Assembly: GCF_009914755.1 (NCBI RefSeq)
Contig: NC_060940.1
Source: the human T2T-CHM13v2.0 reference genome, Homo sapiens
DNA: 64,000 bases
Direction: 5' to 3' (one strand)
The position numbers were made by a program, and so were the translations under genes. This document shows positions 61,778-64,000 of the stretch, piece by piece. The stretch's first letter is position 1, and every line of letters begins with the position of its first letter. The notes under the pieces are model-generated. The model did not search any database. It was not told the DNA's origin and saw only the letters and a program-made list of their open reading frames with translations.

Positions 61778-63154
61778 GCTTCTGTATAGTTTTTATGTGA
61801 AGTTAATACCTTTTCCACCTTAGGCCAAGAACGGCTCCAAATATCCACTTGCAAATGCTACAAAAAGACAGTTTCAAAACTGCTCTGTCAAAAGATAGGT
61901 TCAACTCTGTGAGTTGAATGCACACATCACAAATAAGTTTCTCAGAATGCTTCTGTGTAGTTTTTATGTGAAGCTATTTCCTTTTCTACAATAGGCCTAA
62001 AAGCACTCCAAATGTCCACTTGCAGATTCTACAAAAAGAGTATTTCAAAACTGTTCAATCAAAAGAGAGGTTGAACTCTGTGAGATGAATGCACACATCA
62101 AAAACAAGTTTCTCAGAATGCTTTTGTGAATTTTCTATTCAAAGATATTTCCTTTTCCACAGTAGACCTTGATGCAATCCAAATATCCACTTGCAAATTC
62201 TACAAAAAGGGTGTTTCCAAACTGCTCAATCCAATGAAAGTTTCAACTCTATGAGATGAATGCACACATCAAAAAGGAGTTTCTCAGAATGCTTCTGTGT
62301 AGTTATTAGGTGAAGATGTTTCCTTTTCAAAAATAGGCCACAAAGGGCTCCAAATATCCACTTGCAGATTCTACACAAAGAGAGATTCAAAACTGTTCAA
62401 TCAAATGACAGGTTCAACTCTGTGAGTTGAATGCACACATCACACAGAAGTTTCTCAGAATAGTTCTGTGTAGTTTTCTTGTGAAGATATTTCCTTTTCC
62501 ACTACGGGCCTCAAAGCGCTCCAAATATCCACTTGCAGATTCTACAAAAAGAGTGTTTCCAAACTGGTCAATCCAAAGAAAGGTTCAACTCCGTGACAGG
62601 AATGCACACATCCAAAGACGTTTCTCAGAATTCTTCTGTGTAGTTTCTATGTGAAGATATTTCCTTTTCCAAAATAGGTCTCAAAGTGCTACAAATATCC
62701 ACCTGCAAGTTCTACAAAAAGTCTATTTCAAAACGACTCAAACAAAAGACAGGTTCTACTCTCTGAGATGAAAGCACACATCACAAAGACGTTTCTCAGA
62801 ATCCTTCCGTGTAGTTTTTATGTGAAAGTATTTCCTTTTCCACTATAGGCATCAAAGCGCTTCAAATATCCACTTGCAGATTTTATAAAAAGAGTATTTC
62901 AAAACTGCTCAATGAAAAGAAAGTTTAAACTCTGTAAGATGAATGCACACATCACAAAGAAGTTTCTCAGAATGCTTCTGTGTTTTTTTTATGTGAAGAT
63001 ATTTCCTTTTCCACAATAGTCCTTGATGCGATCCAAATATCCACTTGCAAATTCTACAAAAAGGGTGTTTCAAAACTGCTCAATCAAAGTAAATTTTCAA
63101 CTCTATGAGATGCGTGCACACATCACAAGGAAAATTCTCAGAATGCTTCTGTGT

Positions 63155-63484
<330 letters not shown>

Positions 63485-64000
63485 CTGTGTAGTTTTTATG
63501 TGAAGATATTTCCTTTTCAATAATAGGCCGCTAAGGGCTGCAAATATCCACTTGCAGATTCTACAAAAAGAGAGATTCAAAACTGTTCAATCAAATGACA
63601 GGTTCAACCCTGTGAGTTGAATGCACACGTCATGCAGAACTTTCTCAGAATGCTTCTGTGTAGTTTTTATGTGAAGATATTTCCTTTTTCACCATAGGCC
63701 TCAAAGCGCTCCAAATATCCACTTGCAGATTCTACAAAAAGAGTGTTTCCAAACTGCTCCATCAAAAGAGAGGTTCAACTCTGTGAGATGAATGCACACC
63801 TCACAAAGAAGTTTCTCAGAATGCTTCTTTGTAGTTTTTATGTGAAGATATTTCCTTTTCCGCAAAACGCCTCAAAGCACTCCAAATATCCCCTTGCAGA
63901 TTCTACAAAAAGAGTGTTTCAAAACTGCTGAATAAAATGAAAAGCTCAACTCTGTGGGATGAATTCACACATCACAAAGATGTTTCTCAGAATGCTTCTG

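Overview
Human pericentromeric segmental-duplication mosaic running into alpha satellite; no intact protein-coding gene. A human-specific AluYb8 at 63.2-63.5 kb supports the species call. Left to right: (1) two tandem D4Z4-like ~3.0-kb units with minus-strand DUX4-like pseudogenes, interrupted by a 5'-inverted (twin-primed) PCMTD1 retrocopy; (2) a Tigger1 relic carrying a solo LTR5A/B (HERV-K HML-2) and an Alu that itself contains an inverted, locally templated DUX fragment; (3) an ~18-kb orphan rDNA unit: IGS with Alus, CT-rich tracts and an L1 stub, deletions that remove the CDC27 retrocopy CDS and the Pol I promoter, partial 5'ETS, decayed 18S, ITS1, 5.8S and ITS2 truncated before 28S; (4) a ~1.9-kb non-satellite spacer with ancient repeats; (5) >32 kb of monomeric A-type alpha satellite with no CENP-B box seen, a strand switch at ~46,990, a 172-to-171-bp monomer stratigraphy, three L1PA and two AluY insertions. 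From memory, the gene order and an exact miR-1826 match fit 16p11.2 (DUX4L45-PCMTD1P2-DUX4L46-DUX4L47-LINC00273-RNA5-8SP2); this is recall, not a search result. I see no new functional gene system. The most novel-looking signals are a shared A27C substitution in 7 of 8 IGS Alus, a microhomology-flanked inverted DUX copy inside an Alu, an in-register 15.4-kb alpha-satellite inversion, and a 462-codon antisense-ETS ORF that reads across three deletion junctions.
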